This document shows positions 37,875 to 47,289 of a DNA stretch of 64,000 nucleotides, piece by piece (positions within the stretch are counted from its first letter, which is position 1; each line of letters begins with the position of its first letter). Under the pieces are notes generated by a model. The model saw only the letters and a list, made by a program, of their open reading frames with translations, had not been told where the DNA came from and ran no database searches. A program made the translations under genes and the position numbers. Origin of the DNA: Candidatus Polarisedimenticolaceae bacterium (GTDB lineage: Bacteria > Pseudomonadota > Gammaproteobacteria > Chromatiales > Chromatiaceae). The stretch spans positions 569 through 64,568 of the forward strand of contig JAKITT010000008.1 in the NCBI GenBank assembly GCA_021647945.1. The letters are read 5' to 3'.

Positions 37875-38036
37875 TCATATCTGCTGACTTGATACGATAG
37901 CCGATACTTCGCCGCAAGGAGGTCGCATTCACAATCTTCCAACAGTAGGTCACGAAGCGTTATCTGTTTGCCGGGTATGGTCCCCGTGATCATGTAATAA
38001 CCCATTGATCGATCGCTCAATGTGAATCGATTGGAC

Positions 38037-38069
38037 TAAGCGTAGTAGGAAGTAGACGAATTTGTTAAG
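38037..38069 (+). repeat. Repeat module A, copy 2 (5' part only)
   Basis: The exact 21-mer TAAGCGTAGTAGGAAGTAGAC followed by TTTGTTAAG. Confidence 0.7.
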
Positions 38070-38403
38070 CATGTAATGCTGGGCCAGGCTTTTCCTGTAG
38101 ATTCAAATGCCCTCTTTGTGCCGTGCTGCAGCCCTGTCTGATGCCATATGGTGGGACTTCAGATATTTGGTAAAGAATCCTGCTCACGCGGCTCAGTACA
38201 AAATTTCACTCGGTTCCATGGTCAGCTGCTAAAGCTAAAATCCAAGTTGGGTTGCGTTCAAGCGTTGTATGCAGAGGTCAATTATGGCTTCTTGTATAGG
38301 ATGTTCAGAAAAAGGCAGCAACCCCAAACAATATGCTTGACATGGAATGTGGTGCGTGATAGCCAATAGTGGCAATACTACTTAAACTGAGGAGGACATA
38401 ATT

Positions 38404-39120
38404 ATGGCAACTCAGCATTTGATCAAGACGCTTATCTGCGTGGCACTGTGTACTACCGTTAGCCTATCAGAGGCCGCTCTGATTAACAGGGGGACTGACA
38501 CGGTAGGCAATCGGTTGATATATGATGATGTATTAAATGTCACTTGGTATGACTTTACCTACAACGAATATGATTTTACAGATACAGCAGGCATTACATG
38601 GCCATTGAATGCCTGGAATGATGTGAATGCATGGGCGACTGATTTGGTCGTTGACTTTGGTGGTAACAGCTACACGGAGTGGCGGCTGCCAACTACTGGT
38701 GGCAATTGGACGGGGAGTGGTTGGAGTTTCCCTATGGGATACGATGGTCTGAATTCATGGGGCTATAATGTCACCTCTTCCGAGATGGGGCATCTATTCT
38801 ATCTCTCTCTTGGGAATAATGGCTTATATGATACCAGTGGCAATCCTCTTGGTGGGGCAGGTTTAACAGATGTCGGGCCATTTTTGGATCTCGATGAGGC
38901 GATGTATTATTCATCAACCCTAACCACTAGCAGTGCATGGTCGTTCGATTTTAGTTCTGGTTACCAGTATCCCAGAGATACGACAGATGGGGCCAGGGGG
39001 TTGGCGGTTCTGGACGGTGATGTTGCTGGAATCCCAGAGCCTGCCAGCCTGTTACTGCTTGGCCTCGGCATTGTAGGTCTTGGTATGAGCAGAAAGTGGA
39101 TGCTTTCGCATCGTTGCTGA
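38404..39120 (+). CDS. PEP-CTERM sorting-domain protein with a DUF1566-like N-terminal domain
   Basis: C-terminal IPEPASLLLLGLGIVGLGMSRK (PEP motif, TM helix, basic tail). TEWRLPT motif upstream. Signal peptide present. Confidence 0.85.
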   Translation: MATQHLIKTLICVALCTTVSLSEAALINRGTDTVGNRLIYDDVLNVTWYDFTYNEYDFTDTAGITWPLNAWNDVNAWATDLVVDFGGNSYTEWRLPTTGGNWTGSGWSFPMGYDGLNSWGYNVTSSEMGHLFYLSLGNNGLYDTSGNPLGGAGLTDVGPFLDLDEAMYYSSTLTTSSAWSFDFSSGYQYPRDTTDGARGLAVLDGDVAGIPEPASLLLLGLGIVGLGMSRKWMLSHRC

Positions 39121-39263
39121 TAGGCATCTACCTTTTCACACTTATGGAATGAAGGCAGAGTAGCTTGACTGCCCTGCCTTCTCTTCAACTCTTCCTGATT
39201 TATTTAATCCTTAAAACCACGTCCTAAGGAGGTGGTTCTTTACTCGGCTGCCCAGGCCATGAG

Positions 39264-39342
39264 GCGTGAGTAGAAGTAGGTGGTCTGTTACGTGAGGGGA
39301 AAAGAGTGAGGCCGATGGTTCGCTAGTAACCATCGGCCTCAC
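39264..39342 (+). repeat. Repeat module A, copy 3, ending in a strong hairpin
   Basis: GCGTGAGTAGAAGTAGGTGGTCTGTTACGTGAGGGGAAAAGAGTGAGGCC... aligns with copy 1. It includes the 39306-39342 hairpin. Confidence 0.6.
39306..39342. terminator. Hairpin between convergent genes (PEP-CTERM gene and icd), a possible bidirectional terminator
   Basis: GTGAGGCCGATGGTT-CGCTAG-TAACCATCGGCCTCAC, a 15-bp stem. There is no clean T run on either side. Confidence 0.55.
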
Positions 39343-39389
39343 TATCACTACAACATCTGAAATAAGTTTCAGGTGTCAGAGATCAAACC

Positions 39390-41612
39390 TTATACCGCAT
39401 CAATCAAGGCATTGAAGGTTGCGCTTGGGCGCATGACCGCAGTGATTTTTGCTTCATCAGGCATGAAGTAACCGCCCATGTCGACAGGTACACCCTGAAC
39501 GGCATTCATCTCACCGACAATCTTCTGCTCGTTCTCAGCCAGAGTTTTTGCCAGTGGGGCGAATTGTGCTGCCAGCGCTGCATCATCACTCTGATTGGCC
39601 AAAGCTTCTGCCCAGTACATGGCCAGGTAGAAGTGGCTGCCACGGTTATCCAACTCGCCACACTTACGTGAAGGTGATTTGTTGTTATCCAGCAGTTTGC
39701 CAGTCGCTTGGTCAAGTGCAGTTGCCAGCACTTTAGCCTGAGTGTTGCCCGTCAGTGTGCTGACCTGCTCCAGAGAAGGTGCCAGTGCCAGGAACTCACC
39801 GAGTGAATCCCAACGTAGGTGATTCTCTTTAACCAGCTGCTGAACGTGCTTAGGTGCAGAACCACCTGCGCCGGTCTCAAACAGACCGCCACCGTTCATT
39901 AGAGGAACGATAGAGAGCATTTTCGCACTGGTGCCCAGCTCGAGGATTGGGTAGAGATCGGTGTTGTAGTCACGTAGTACGTTACCGGTGACAGAGATGG
40001 TGTTCTCACCAGCACGTTGACGCTCTATAGAGAGCTTGGCTGCGTCATAGACAGACATGATGCGGATATCAAGACCACTGGTGTCGTGGTCTGGTAGGTA
40101 GGCATCAACCTTTTTACGGATCTCACGACCATGGCTGCGATCTTCATCAATCCAGAAAATCGTTGGCCAACCCGTCGCGCGAGCACGAGTAACTGCCAAT
40201 TTCACCCAATCCTGAATGGAGGCATCTTTGACCATAACCATACGCCAGATATCACCCTCTTCTACTGCATTTTCGAGGATGGTGTCGCCGTTAGAGTCAA
40301 CCACGCGGATGGTGCCGTTGGCTGGAGCTTCAAAGGTAGTAGGGTGTGAACCGTACTCTTCAGCTTTGTTTGCCATCAGGCCAACATTAGGCACGGTGCC
40401 CATGGTGGTGACGTCAAGTGCACCGTTAGCAATACAGTTCTCAATGGTTGCGCTGTAGAGCGGTGAGTAGCAGTGATCAGGGATGACGAACTTGGTATCT
40501 TGCAGTTCGCCAGCAGCATTCCACATACGGCCAGAGGTACGGATAGCGGCAGGCATAGAGGCGTCGATGATGACGTCACTTGGAACGTGCAGGTTGGTGA
40601 TGCCTTTGTCAGAATCAACCATGGCGATAGAAGGACGTGTGGCGTAAACAGCCTCAATGTCCGCTTTGATCGCAGCTTGTTGATCTTCAGGCAGGCACTC
40701 GATTTTGGTGTAGAGATCGCCAAGACCGTTGTTGAAGTTGATGCCTAGTTTTTCAATAACAGCAGCATTTTTCTCAATCGCATCTTTGTAGAAAACCTTG
40801 ACGCAGTGACCGAAAACGATAGGGTCGGCGACTTTCATCATGGTCGCTTTCATGTGCAGTGAGAAGAGTACGCCTTTGGCTTTAGCATCTTCGATCTGCT
40901 CGCCAAGGAATTTTACCAGCGCATTTTTGCTCATGAAGGTGGTGTCAACAATCTCACCAGCTAGCAGAGGCACACTTGCTTTCAACACGGAGATGCTGCC
41001 ATCTTGAGCAACAAACTCAACTTTGGCATCGGTGGCGGCAGCCATGGTGGTTGAGCGCTCGTTAGAGCAGTAATCACCGCTGCTCATGGTGGAGACGTGT
41101 GACTTAGAATCTGTGCTCCAAGCGCCCATTGAGTGAGGGTTCTTTTTGGCAAAGTTCTTAACAGCACTTGGGGCGCGGCGATCAGAGTTACCTTCACGCA
41201 GTACAGGGTTTACAGCAGAACCAAGCACTTTTGAGTAACGCTCTTTGATTTCAGCTTCAGCTGCGTTCTGCGGATCTTCTGGGTAGTCAGGTAGGTCGTA
41301 ACCTTTGCCCTTCAGCTCAACCAGTGCCGCTTTTAGCTGTGGCAGTGAAGCAGAGATATTAGGCAGCTTAACGATGTTAGCTTCTGGGGTTTTAGCCAGT
41401 ACGCCTAGACGAGCCAGCTCATCAGGGATTTTCTGATCTTCAGAGAGGTTATCAGGGAAGTTGGCGATGATACGGCCAGCCAGAGAGATATCTCTAGATT
41501 CAACATCTACGCCAGCCGCTTGGGTGAAGGCGTTAACGATGGGTAGAAAAGAGTAGGTTGCCAAAGCGGGCGCTTCGTCAATCTTTGTCCAGATAATCTT
41601 GGATGTAGTCAT
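39390..41612 (-). CDS. icd: Isocitrate dehydrogenase, monomeric NADP type
   Basis: 740 aa. The N-terminus ([22 protein letters not shown]) and overall length are diagnostic of the monomeric IDH family. Confidence 0.95.
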   Translation of the reverse strand: MTTSKIIWTKIDEAPALATYSFLPIVNAFTQAAGVDVESRDISLAGRIIANFPDNLSEDQKIPDELARLGVLAKTPEANIVKLPNISASLPQLKAALVELKGKGYDLPDYPEDPQNAAEAEIKERYSKVLGSAVNPVLREGNSDRRAPSAVKNFAKKNPHSMGAWSTDSKSHVSTMSSGDYCSNERSTTMAAATDAKVEFVAQDGSISVLKASVPLLAGEIVDTTFMSKNALVKFLGEQIEDAKAKGVLFSLHMKATMMKVADPIVFGHCVKVFYKDAIEKNAAVIEKLGINFNNGLGDLYTKIECLPEDQQAAIKADIEAVYATRPSIAMVDSDKGITNLHVPSDVIIDASMPAAIRTSGRMWNAAGELQDTKFVIPDHCYSPLYSATIENCIANGALDVTTMGTVPNVGLMANKAEEYGSHPTTFEAPANGTIRVVDSNGDTILENAVEEGDIWRMVMVKDASIQDWVKLAVTRARATGWPTIFWIDEDRSHGREIRKKVDAYLPDHDTSGLDIRIMSVYDAAKLSIERQRAGENTISVTGNVLRDYNTDLYPILELGTSAKMLSIVPLMNGGGLFETGAGGSAPKHVQQLVKENHLRWDSLGEFLALAPSLEQVSTLTGNTQAKVLATALDQATGKLLDNNKSPSRKCGELDNRGSHFYLAMYWAEALANQSDDAALAAQFAPLAKTLAENEQKIVGEMNAVQGVPVDMGGYFMPDEAKITAVMRPSATFNALIDAV

Positions 41613-41783
41613 GGTATTTCCTCAGTTTTTAAAAAATAAATAATCTATTTAATAGGCCAAAGTTTGGCCCTACCGGAGAACTACTGATGGTGGGGTGTTG
41701 CAAGCGCGTCAGTGCGTTCGTTGCATAGCTGCCGTTTGGCAAACCGTTACCACCATCATTGCCATTAAAAGTTACTCAGGTAG

Positions 41784-41825
41784 TAAAAAAACTTAAAAAC
41801 CGGGCCGGCATTGGCTGGCCCGGTT
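41784..41825 (-). terminator. Rho-independent terminator after the ACL large-subunit gene
   Basis: On the minus strand, the AACCGGGCC-AGCCAATGCC-GGCCCGGTT hairpin is followed by a T-rich run (TTTTTAAGTTTTTTT). Confidence 0.75.
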
Positions 41826-41832
41826 AGTTGCT

Positions 41833-44550
41833 TTAGCCAGCGTATTTACACTTGCTAGCAGCGGTACGCGTATCCATATTCTTACCACGGTTGGTGTGAT
41901 CATCAATCTCTGCAGCGGAGCCGATCATACGACCAAACAAGAATGTGGTGAACGCAGCTGATTCCATGGTGTTATCACTGATTTTGCCTTCAGCATACGG
42001 CTGCCAAAGCATTTTCAGTAGAAGAACAGCAATCACAGCATCAACATTTACACAGAAAACATTCTTTGTCACGCCGGTATCAAAGAGTGACTGTACGAGC
42101 TCTTTATAGAACTCGTGGAAAACATTGTAGTCGCCACGCTCTTCAAACAGCTTACCAACAAAGGCTTCGCGAGGATCATAGTTAACAGCCTCACCCTTGA
42201 AGACCGGATGGCCTGTACAAGGAATTTTGGCGTAACCGATGTTGCCGGCTGCTTTTGCTTTGATCTTGTACGCGAGGTACTCCTTCGCGTAGGTGGTTGC
42301 CATCGCTTTCAGATCTAAACCGTGATCTTTACTACCAGGATCGGTCAGGCCAGAGTCTTTGAAACGATCAACCAAGAAGGAGATCGCCTCATAACCGTTA
42401 CCACCGTGTGCATAACCGGTGTGAGTCAGGAAGCCGATGTAGCCTTTATTGATCTGAATACGCTCTGGAACCTCAGGGCCATCCGCAGAGACAGCGCCTT
42501 TAGCGCCCTGTGCAGAGATGGTGCCTGGGCCGTTGGTGATGATCAGGCCAAGCAGTACAGAGAAGGAGTAGAGTTCCTCTTCGTTTGGACGTTTGCCCAG
42601 CAGTGCCAAATGAGCTGTTTCACTGAAACTCCAGCTGTTGAGCAGGTCACTGTTAGCTACACCACAGAAGGTATCAGCACTCTGCTGATCGCCAGCGGCG
42701 GCAGAACCGACCAGGGTACTGAAGATCTTGAAGTGCCAAGGGATATTTCTGACGGTGATGGCAGAGATGCGCTTACGCATCAGAGCCTTCCAAGCGACGT
42801 GCGTGGTGGTGGCAGCCATCAGCGCAGCAGCGCTCAGCTGAGCACCCGCTTTCTCGGCAACCGCTTTGACGAAGTTGACGAAGATTGAGTTGGCACCACG
42901 TGCTTCAAATGCAGCAGCGATGTTGTCGCTCAAAGCACAAGGCTCGCCCATGGTGAAGAGTGATGCGTCAGCTTCTGCAACCTGAGAGCTGAAATCATAG
43001 CGGGTGTCAGAAGCATCTTCGATACCGCTCTTCTTGAACAGCTCTACCAGAGCAGCCGCAGCAGTACGTGCATTGGCAACCTGATTAGGGCCAACCAGCG
43101 CAACAGCGCTTGATAGTGAGGTGTTAGGGCTGTTGCCCGCTTCACGTGCAGCATCAGCTGCCGCTAGGCCAACTTTGCCTGCTTGATTAACAAAGGCGTT
43201 GAGCATGACGTTGGTCATAGCGGTGCCGTTTGCATCGGGGTATTCGCGGGTCAGACTCTGTACCAGATTCTCTTCGAAACTGTGTGTGGAGGCATCTAGC
43301 ACGGTGGTGCCGTGGATACGCGTGACCTGGGTCTTCGGATCCATCATTGATGCGCCAGAGGTATCTTTCATCGCTTGGCGAGGGAAGACAGCGCCGACCT
43401 GTTCAGAAAGCGCAGCGATCTGATCATTGTAGGGTTCAAGTGCTTCAACCAATGCAGGCTTCAGCGCGGCAGGAAGATCAAGTCCCTGGGTGTTGCTGAA
43501 CCAGCATTTGAGTGAGAGATCACCACGAGGGGCGAAATCTGGCTCTGCTTTGCCGAGTGCCATCACCGCGGTCATAGCGGCTGGGATGTGGGCGATGTTG
43601 GTAACAACTGCACCTTTAGCGCTACAGACTGGATTCTCTGGAGAGAAGATGTCATCGACTTCGAACTTCTCTTTGAACCAATCTTCCTTGGCTTCAGCGT
43701 TATCACCAGTACCGGCGATAGCACCGGCATGGCCACACGCTTTGGTCAGTTTGGCTTTCCAGCGACCAACGATACAAGCGACAACAGGCTTGTTGAACTC
43801 AAGCTTGTGCTCATAGTAACCACCAGGCTCAATGTACATGACGGCACATTTGGAGCGGTCATCATTATGGAATGCATGGGTCCACTCTAGTGCGCCAAAG
43901 TGGATGTAGACATCCTTACCTGATGAGTAAGATACGGTGGTTCCCCAACCGCCAGTCAGCAGATAGACTGCGATGGTGGTGGTGAAGTTACCGGAGTTTG
44001 AGTAGATCGCAACAGAACCAGGAACCAAAGACTCAGCAGGATGACTACCACCCAGTGCGCCGCCGATACGGATCTGTTTGTGTGCATCAGCTAGACCGAG
44101 GCAGTTAGCACCGAAGATGTCGACGCCGTGCATCTGGCCTACCGCGCGGATGATACGTGCATCATGAACCGGCACTTTCTCGGTCAGGATGACGATTTTT
44201 TTCAGGTTCGAGACGACGCGAATCGCTTCGATAACGCCGTCACGTACGCCACCAGGTGGCAGGTAGACAACAACGGTGTTGAACTCATGACCAGCAGCCA
44301 ACGCTTGTGGCAGGTTATCAAATACTGGAATGTTGCCAATTTTGGTCTTCATTGAAGAACCAGAACGGCCTGGAGCGGTACCACAAACAATGTTGCCACC
44401 TGAGAAGACATGGCTTACAGGGGTAACGGTGCGGCTTTCGCCACCGGTGATATTGAGAACGCAGATGCGATCATCTTTGCTGACTAAATCGTCTAGCGAG
44501 TTAACGCCCACATAGTAGTGGGGGAATGCTTCAACGCCTTGCGGATGCAT
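41833..44550 (-). CDS. aclA: ATP-citrate lyase large subunit-like protein (SCS-alpha-like CoA-ligase domain, long insert, citrate-synthase-like lyase domain)
   Basis: Succinyl-CoA-synthetase-alpha signatures (GANCLGL, YSNSGNFTT, phosphohistidine loop ACGHAGAIAGTG). C-terminal citrate-synthase-like motifs (YAHGGNGYEA, GHPVFKGEAVNYDPRE, VNVDA). I place the start at ATG 44550 (AGAGGG RBS, 7-nt spacer), giving 905 aa. The track start at 44592 has no RBS. Confidence 0.8.
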   Translation of the reverse strand: MHPQGVEAFPHYYVGVNSLDDLVSKDDRICVLNITGGESRTVTPVSHVFSGGNIVCGTAPGRSGSSMKTKIGNIPVFDNLPQALAAGHEFNTVVVYLPPGGVRDGVIEAIRVVSNLKKIVILTEKVPVHDARIIRAVGQMHGVDIFGANCLGLADAHKQIRIGGALGGSHPAESLVPGSVAIYSNSGNFTTTIAVYLLTGGWGTTVSYSSGKDVYIHFGALEWTHAFHNDDRSKCAVMYIEPGGYYEHKLEFNKPVVACIVGRWKAKLTKACGHAGAIAGTGDNAEAKEDWFKEKFEVDDIFSPENPVCSAKGAVVTNIAHIPAAMTAVMALGKAEPDFAPRGDLSLKCWFSNTQGLDLPAALKPALVEALEPYNDQIAALSEQVGAVFPRQAMKDTSGASMMDPKTQVTRIHGTTVLDASTHSFEENLVQSLTREYPDANGTAMTNVMLNAFVNQAGKVGLAAADAAREAGNSPNTSLSSAVALVGPNQVANARTAAAALVELFKKSGIEDASDTRYDFSSQVAEADASLFTMGEPCALSDNIAAAFEARGANSIFVNFVKAVAEKAGAQLSAAALMAATTTHVAWKALMRKRISAITVRNIPWHFKIFSTLVGSAAAGDQQSADTFCGVANSDLLNSWSFSETAHLALLGKRPNEEELYSFSVLLGLIITNGPGTISAQGAKGAVSADGPEVPERIQINKGYIGFLTHTGYAHGGNGYEAISFLVDRFKDSGLTDPGSKDHGLDLKAMATTYAKEYLAYKIKAKAAGNIGYAKIPCTGHPVFKGEAVNYDPREAFVGKLFEERGDYNVFHEFYKELVQSLFDTGVTKNVFCVNVDAVIAVLLLKMLWQPYAEGKISDNTMESAAFTTFLFGRMIGSAAEIDDHTNRGKNMDTRTAASKCKYAG

Positions 44551-44741
44551 AATATATCCCTCTTTAAAATCTATATTCTGAGACCCTTTCACGATTCATG
44601 TTTTTCGCTCCAGCGGCGTTAAAAACTTTCTCAAAACCCTCATTTACTCCAGTAAACTCCGGTTTTGCGACTGTTTTTGCTTTGCTGGAACAAAAACTAT
44701 TTCTCGTGCAAAGGTCTCATTCTATGAGTGTCGTTACCGAT

Positions 44742-46016
44742 TTATTCGGTAATGCCCAGTTTCTTGGCAATCTGCTCACGACCACCCTTCTTCATCCACT
44801 CATCAGCGGCTTGAGCGTAGTTAACTACTTCGCTCATGGCTGAGTCGTAACCAAACATCTGGTATGGGATGCCGAGAGAATCTAGGGTGTCACGCAGGTA
44901 ACCGAGGCCACGAATCAAGTTCGGGCCACCACGACCAACCACAACATAAAGTGGGGTAGGGCCGTACTTGTTGAAGTGGTCACGCAGGGCATCAGCCATG
45001 GCGCGGAAAGTCTCATAGATATCGGTGTTGTTAGCTTTACCACCGATGATGAAGAGCACGTTGGACTGCTCCAACCAGTATTTGTAAACAATACGGCTGA
45101 TGTCGTGCATCTTCTCGTAAGGAGGGTTACCGCCAAAATCTGAAGAGAGGTTGGCTGAATCACCCAGAAGTTCAGTGACCAGCGCGTTGGCACCACCACC
45201 GAAAGTCATCGCTGCTATAGTGCCTTGATCATTGATGACGTAGACGTCAGATTGACCCTGGTAGGTACGCAGCTGGTTAACTTCTTGCTCAAAGTCAGAG
45301 TAGCTGGAGGTGTCCAGATCGTCTGGCAGGCCAAGACGCGCAACCGATGGGTCATCGCCATCAAAAGCACATTTGAAGTCACAAGCGACAGGGATCAAGC
45401 GCCCATTTTTGCCTGGCATCATGCGAATAGGGTTGATCTCTAGGGTGGCCATACCGTAGTTGTGGTAGAGATCCCAGAGTTTAGGCAGGTTCTGTACCAG
45501 TGGGCTGATCAGCTCTTTTGGGGCACCCAGTTTGTGCAGTGCATTGGAGATAACAAAACCCTTCAGGCCAGTGAGAGGATCGAATGGGATGACTGCAATC
45601 TTCTCAGGTGGCAGCTCTTCGATATCAACACCACCATGATGAGTCAGGGTGATGACAGGGGCACGAAACTCGGTGCTGTCGCTGATAGAGAAGTAGATTT
45701 CGTACTCAGCCGGCACACCACCTTCAAAGGTGACGCCTTCAGCTTTAGAGACGTTGTTGTTTTGGATATGTTCGGCAAAGTAGAGACGCTCTTTCTCTTT
45801 CATCGCGTCAGCCAGATTAGTGCAATTGCCCATGAGGCCAAGTTTACCTTTCTTGCCAACACCGCCTTTAAAGATCGGTTTGATAAAAACCCGACCACAA
45901 CGGTCGATCAGATCTTTGACCTGCTCACCGGTGGCTTCTGGTCCCAACACCTCTGACGTGGGGAAACCCACATATTTAAGGAGTTTAGACCCCCATAACA
46001 TGCCTGTAACTTGCAT
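44742..46016 (-). CDS. aclB: ATP-citrate lyase small subunit-like protein (ATP-grasp, SCS-beta-like)
   Basis: 424 aa. ATP-grasp N-half (VFIKPIFKGGVGKKGKLGL) and SCS-beta-like C-half (FGGGANA, GGNPP). It lies directly upstream of aclA on the same strand. Confidence 0.8.
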   Translation of the reverse strand: MQVTGMLWGSKLLKYVGFPTSEVLGPEATGEQVKDLIDRCGRVFIKPIFKGGVGKKGKLGLMGNCTNLADAMKEKERLYFAEHIQNNNVSKAEGVTFEGGVPAEYEIYFSISDSTEFRAPVITLTHHGGVDIEELPPEKIAVIPFDPLTGLKGFVISNALHKLGAPKELISPLVQNLPKLWDLYHNYGMATLEINPIRMMPGKNGRLIPVACDFKCAFDGDDPSVARLGLPDDLDTSSYSDFEQEVNQLRTYQGQSDVYVINDQGTIAAMTFGGGANALVTELLGDSANLSSDFGGNPPYEKMHDISRIVYKYWLEQSNVLFIIGGKANNTDIYETFRAMADALRDHFNKYGPTPLYVVVGRGGPNLIRGLGYLRDTLDSLGIPYQMFGYDSAMSEVVNYAQAADEWMKKGGREQIAKKLGITE

Positions 46017-46027
46017 ATGTTTAGCTC

Positions 46028-46963
46028 CTAGATTCCTGTTTCAGCAACAGTTGTCTTCACTGCGTTTAAGGTAGTTTCAAGTAAATTCTGTTCTTCGGGG
46101 GTTAGCTCGAACTCAAGGATCTTTTCGATGCCGCCTGCGCCAATCACGCAGGGCACGCCCATAAAGTAACCGTCGATCCCATACTCACCCTCACACAGAG
46201 CGGCGGATGGAATGACGCGTTTTTTATCTTTTAGATAGGCTTCAGCCATCTCAACCACGGCGGCTGCCGGGCTGTAGAAGGCGCTGCCATTGCCGAGTAG
46301 CTGCACGATTTCAGTGCCCGCTTCGCGGGTACGTTCAGCGATCTCCTCGATCTTCTCAGCAGAGAGCAGATCGGTGATCGGTACGCCGCCAATAGTGGCG
46401 GTGCGGATCAGTGGGATCATGGTTGGGCCGTGGCCGCCCATCACCAGTGCGGATACATCCTGCACTGAGAGGCCAGTCTCCATCGCCAGAAAGGTCTTGA
46501 AGCGAGCAGTATCAAGACTGCCTGCCATGCCGACGATCTGGTTTTTAGGGAAACCGGTAAATTTATGGAATGCGTAGACCATCGCATCCAGTGGATTGGT
46601 GGTTAGCACGACAAATGCATTAGGTGCGTGGGTTTTGATCGATTCGGCGACGGACTTCATCACCTTAAGATTGATCTCTGTGAGGTCATCACGGGTCATG
46701 CCCGGCTTGCGTGGTACACCCGCAGTGATCAGCACGATATCAGCACCTTTCAGTGCTGCAAAATCACCACTGCCGGTGAGTTCAACGTCATAACCGTCAT
46801 GAGGGCGTGAGGCCATCAGATCCAGCATCTTGCCTTTGACCGTTCCTTCCATCTGAGGAAGATCGATCATCACAACGTCGCCTAGCTCTTTCTCTGCGCA
46901 TATCATAGCCAGGATGCCACCGATCTGGCCTCCCCCAATCAACGCAATCTTTTTTCTACCCAT
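46028..46963 (-). CDS. mdh: Malate dehydrogenase (LDH-like MDH)
   Basis: KIALIGGGQIGG, GVPRKPGMTRDDL, LDTARF and GGHG signatures. Confidence 0.95.
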   Translation of the reverse strand: MGRKKIALIGGGQIGGILAMICAEKELGDVVMIDLPQMEGTVKGKMLDLMASRPHDGYDVELTGSGDFAALKGADIVLITAGVPRKPGMTRDDLTEINLKVMKSVAESIKTHAPNAFVVLTTNPLDAMVYAFHKFTGFPKNQIVGMAGSLDTARFKTFLAMETGLSVQDVSALVMGGHGPTMIPLIRTATIGGVPITDLLSAEKIEEIAERTREAGTEIVQLLGNGSAFYSPAAAVVEMAEAYLKDKKRVIPSAALCEGEYGIDGYFMGVPCVIGAGGIEKILEFELTPEEQNLLETTLNAVKTTVAETGI

Positions 46964-47289
46964 GTTATTTCCTCTTTCTAATCAATGGCTTGTCATCGCT
47001 ACAAATGAAGCGGCAAGAGGCCTTTTGACAAGCTCGAATCTTCTGCCTGGAATCGCTACAAAGCCCATTGGGCTGGGCGATTCGGACTAATTGGGACGCC
47101 ATATCATACGGATATGTTGTTCGGTGTCTATTTTTTATTCAATTTTGACCGGAGAGAGGTCGATAAATGCAAGTATTAGATAGCCTGCTACTATCTTTGT
47201 ACCAGCTTAAAAGAGAATATAGATCCCAGTATTGCTGGGAAAAATTAATAGAATTTACGGTCGATTATCGGCTTTGAGGAGTCTCAACC

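Noticed and set aside
37739-38020. 93-aa minus-strand ORF upstream of the porin gene
   Set aside because: It overlaps the porin start codon and spans repeat module A copy 1. There is no RBS and the composition is not coding-like.
44551-44592. 14-codon GTG-initiated extension of aclA
   Set aside because: There is no RBS. The ATG at 44550 has AGAGGG 7 nt upstream.
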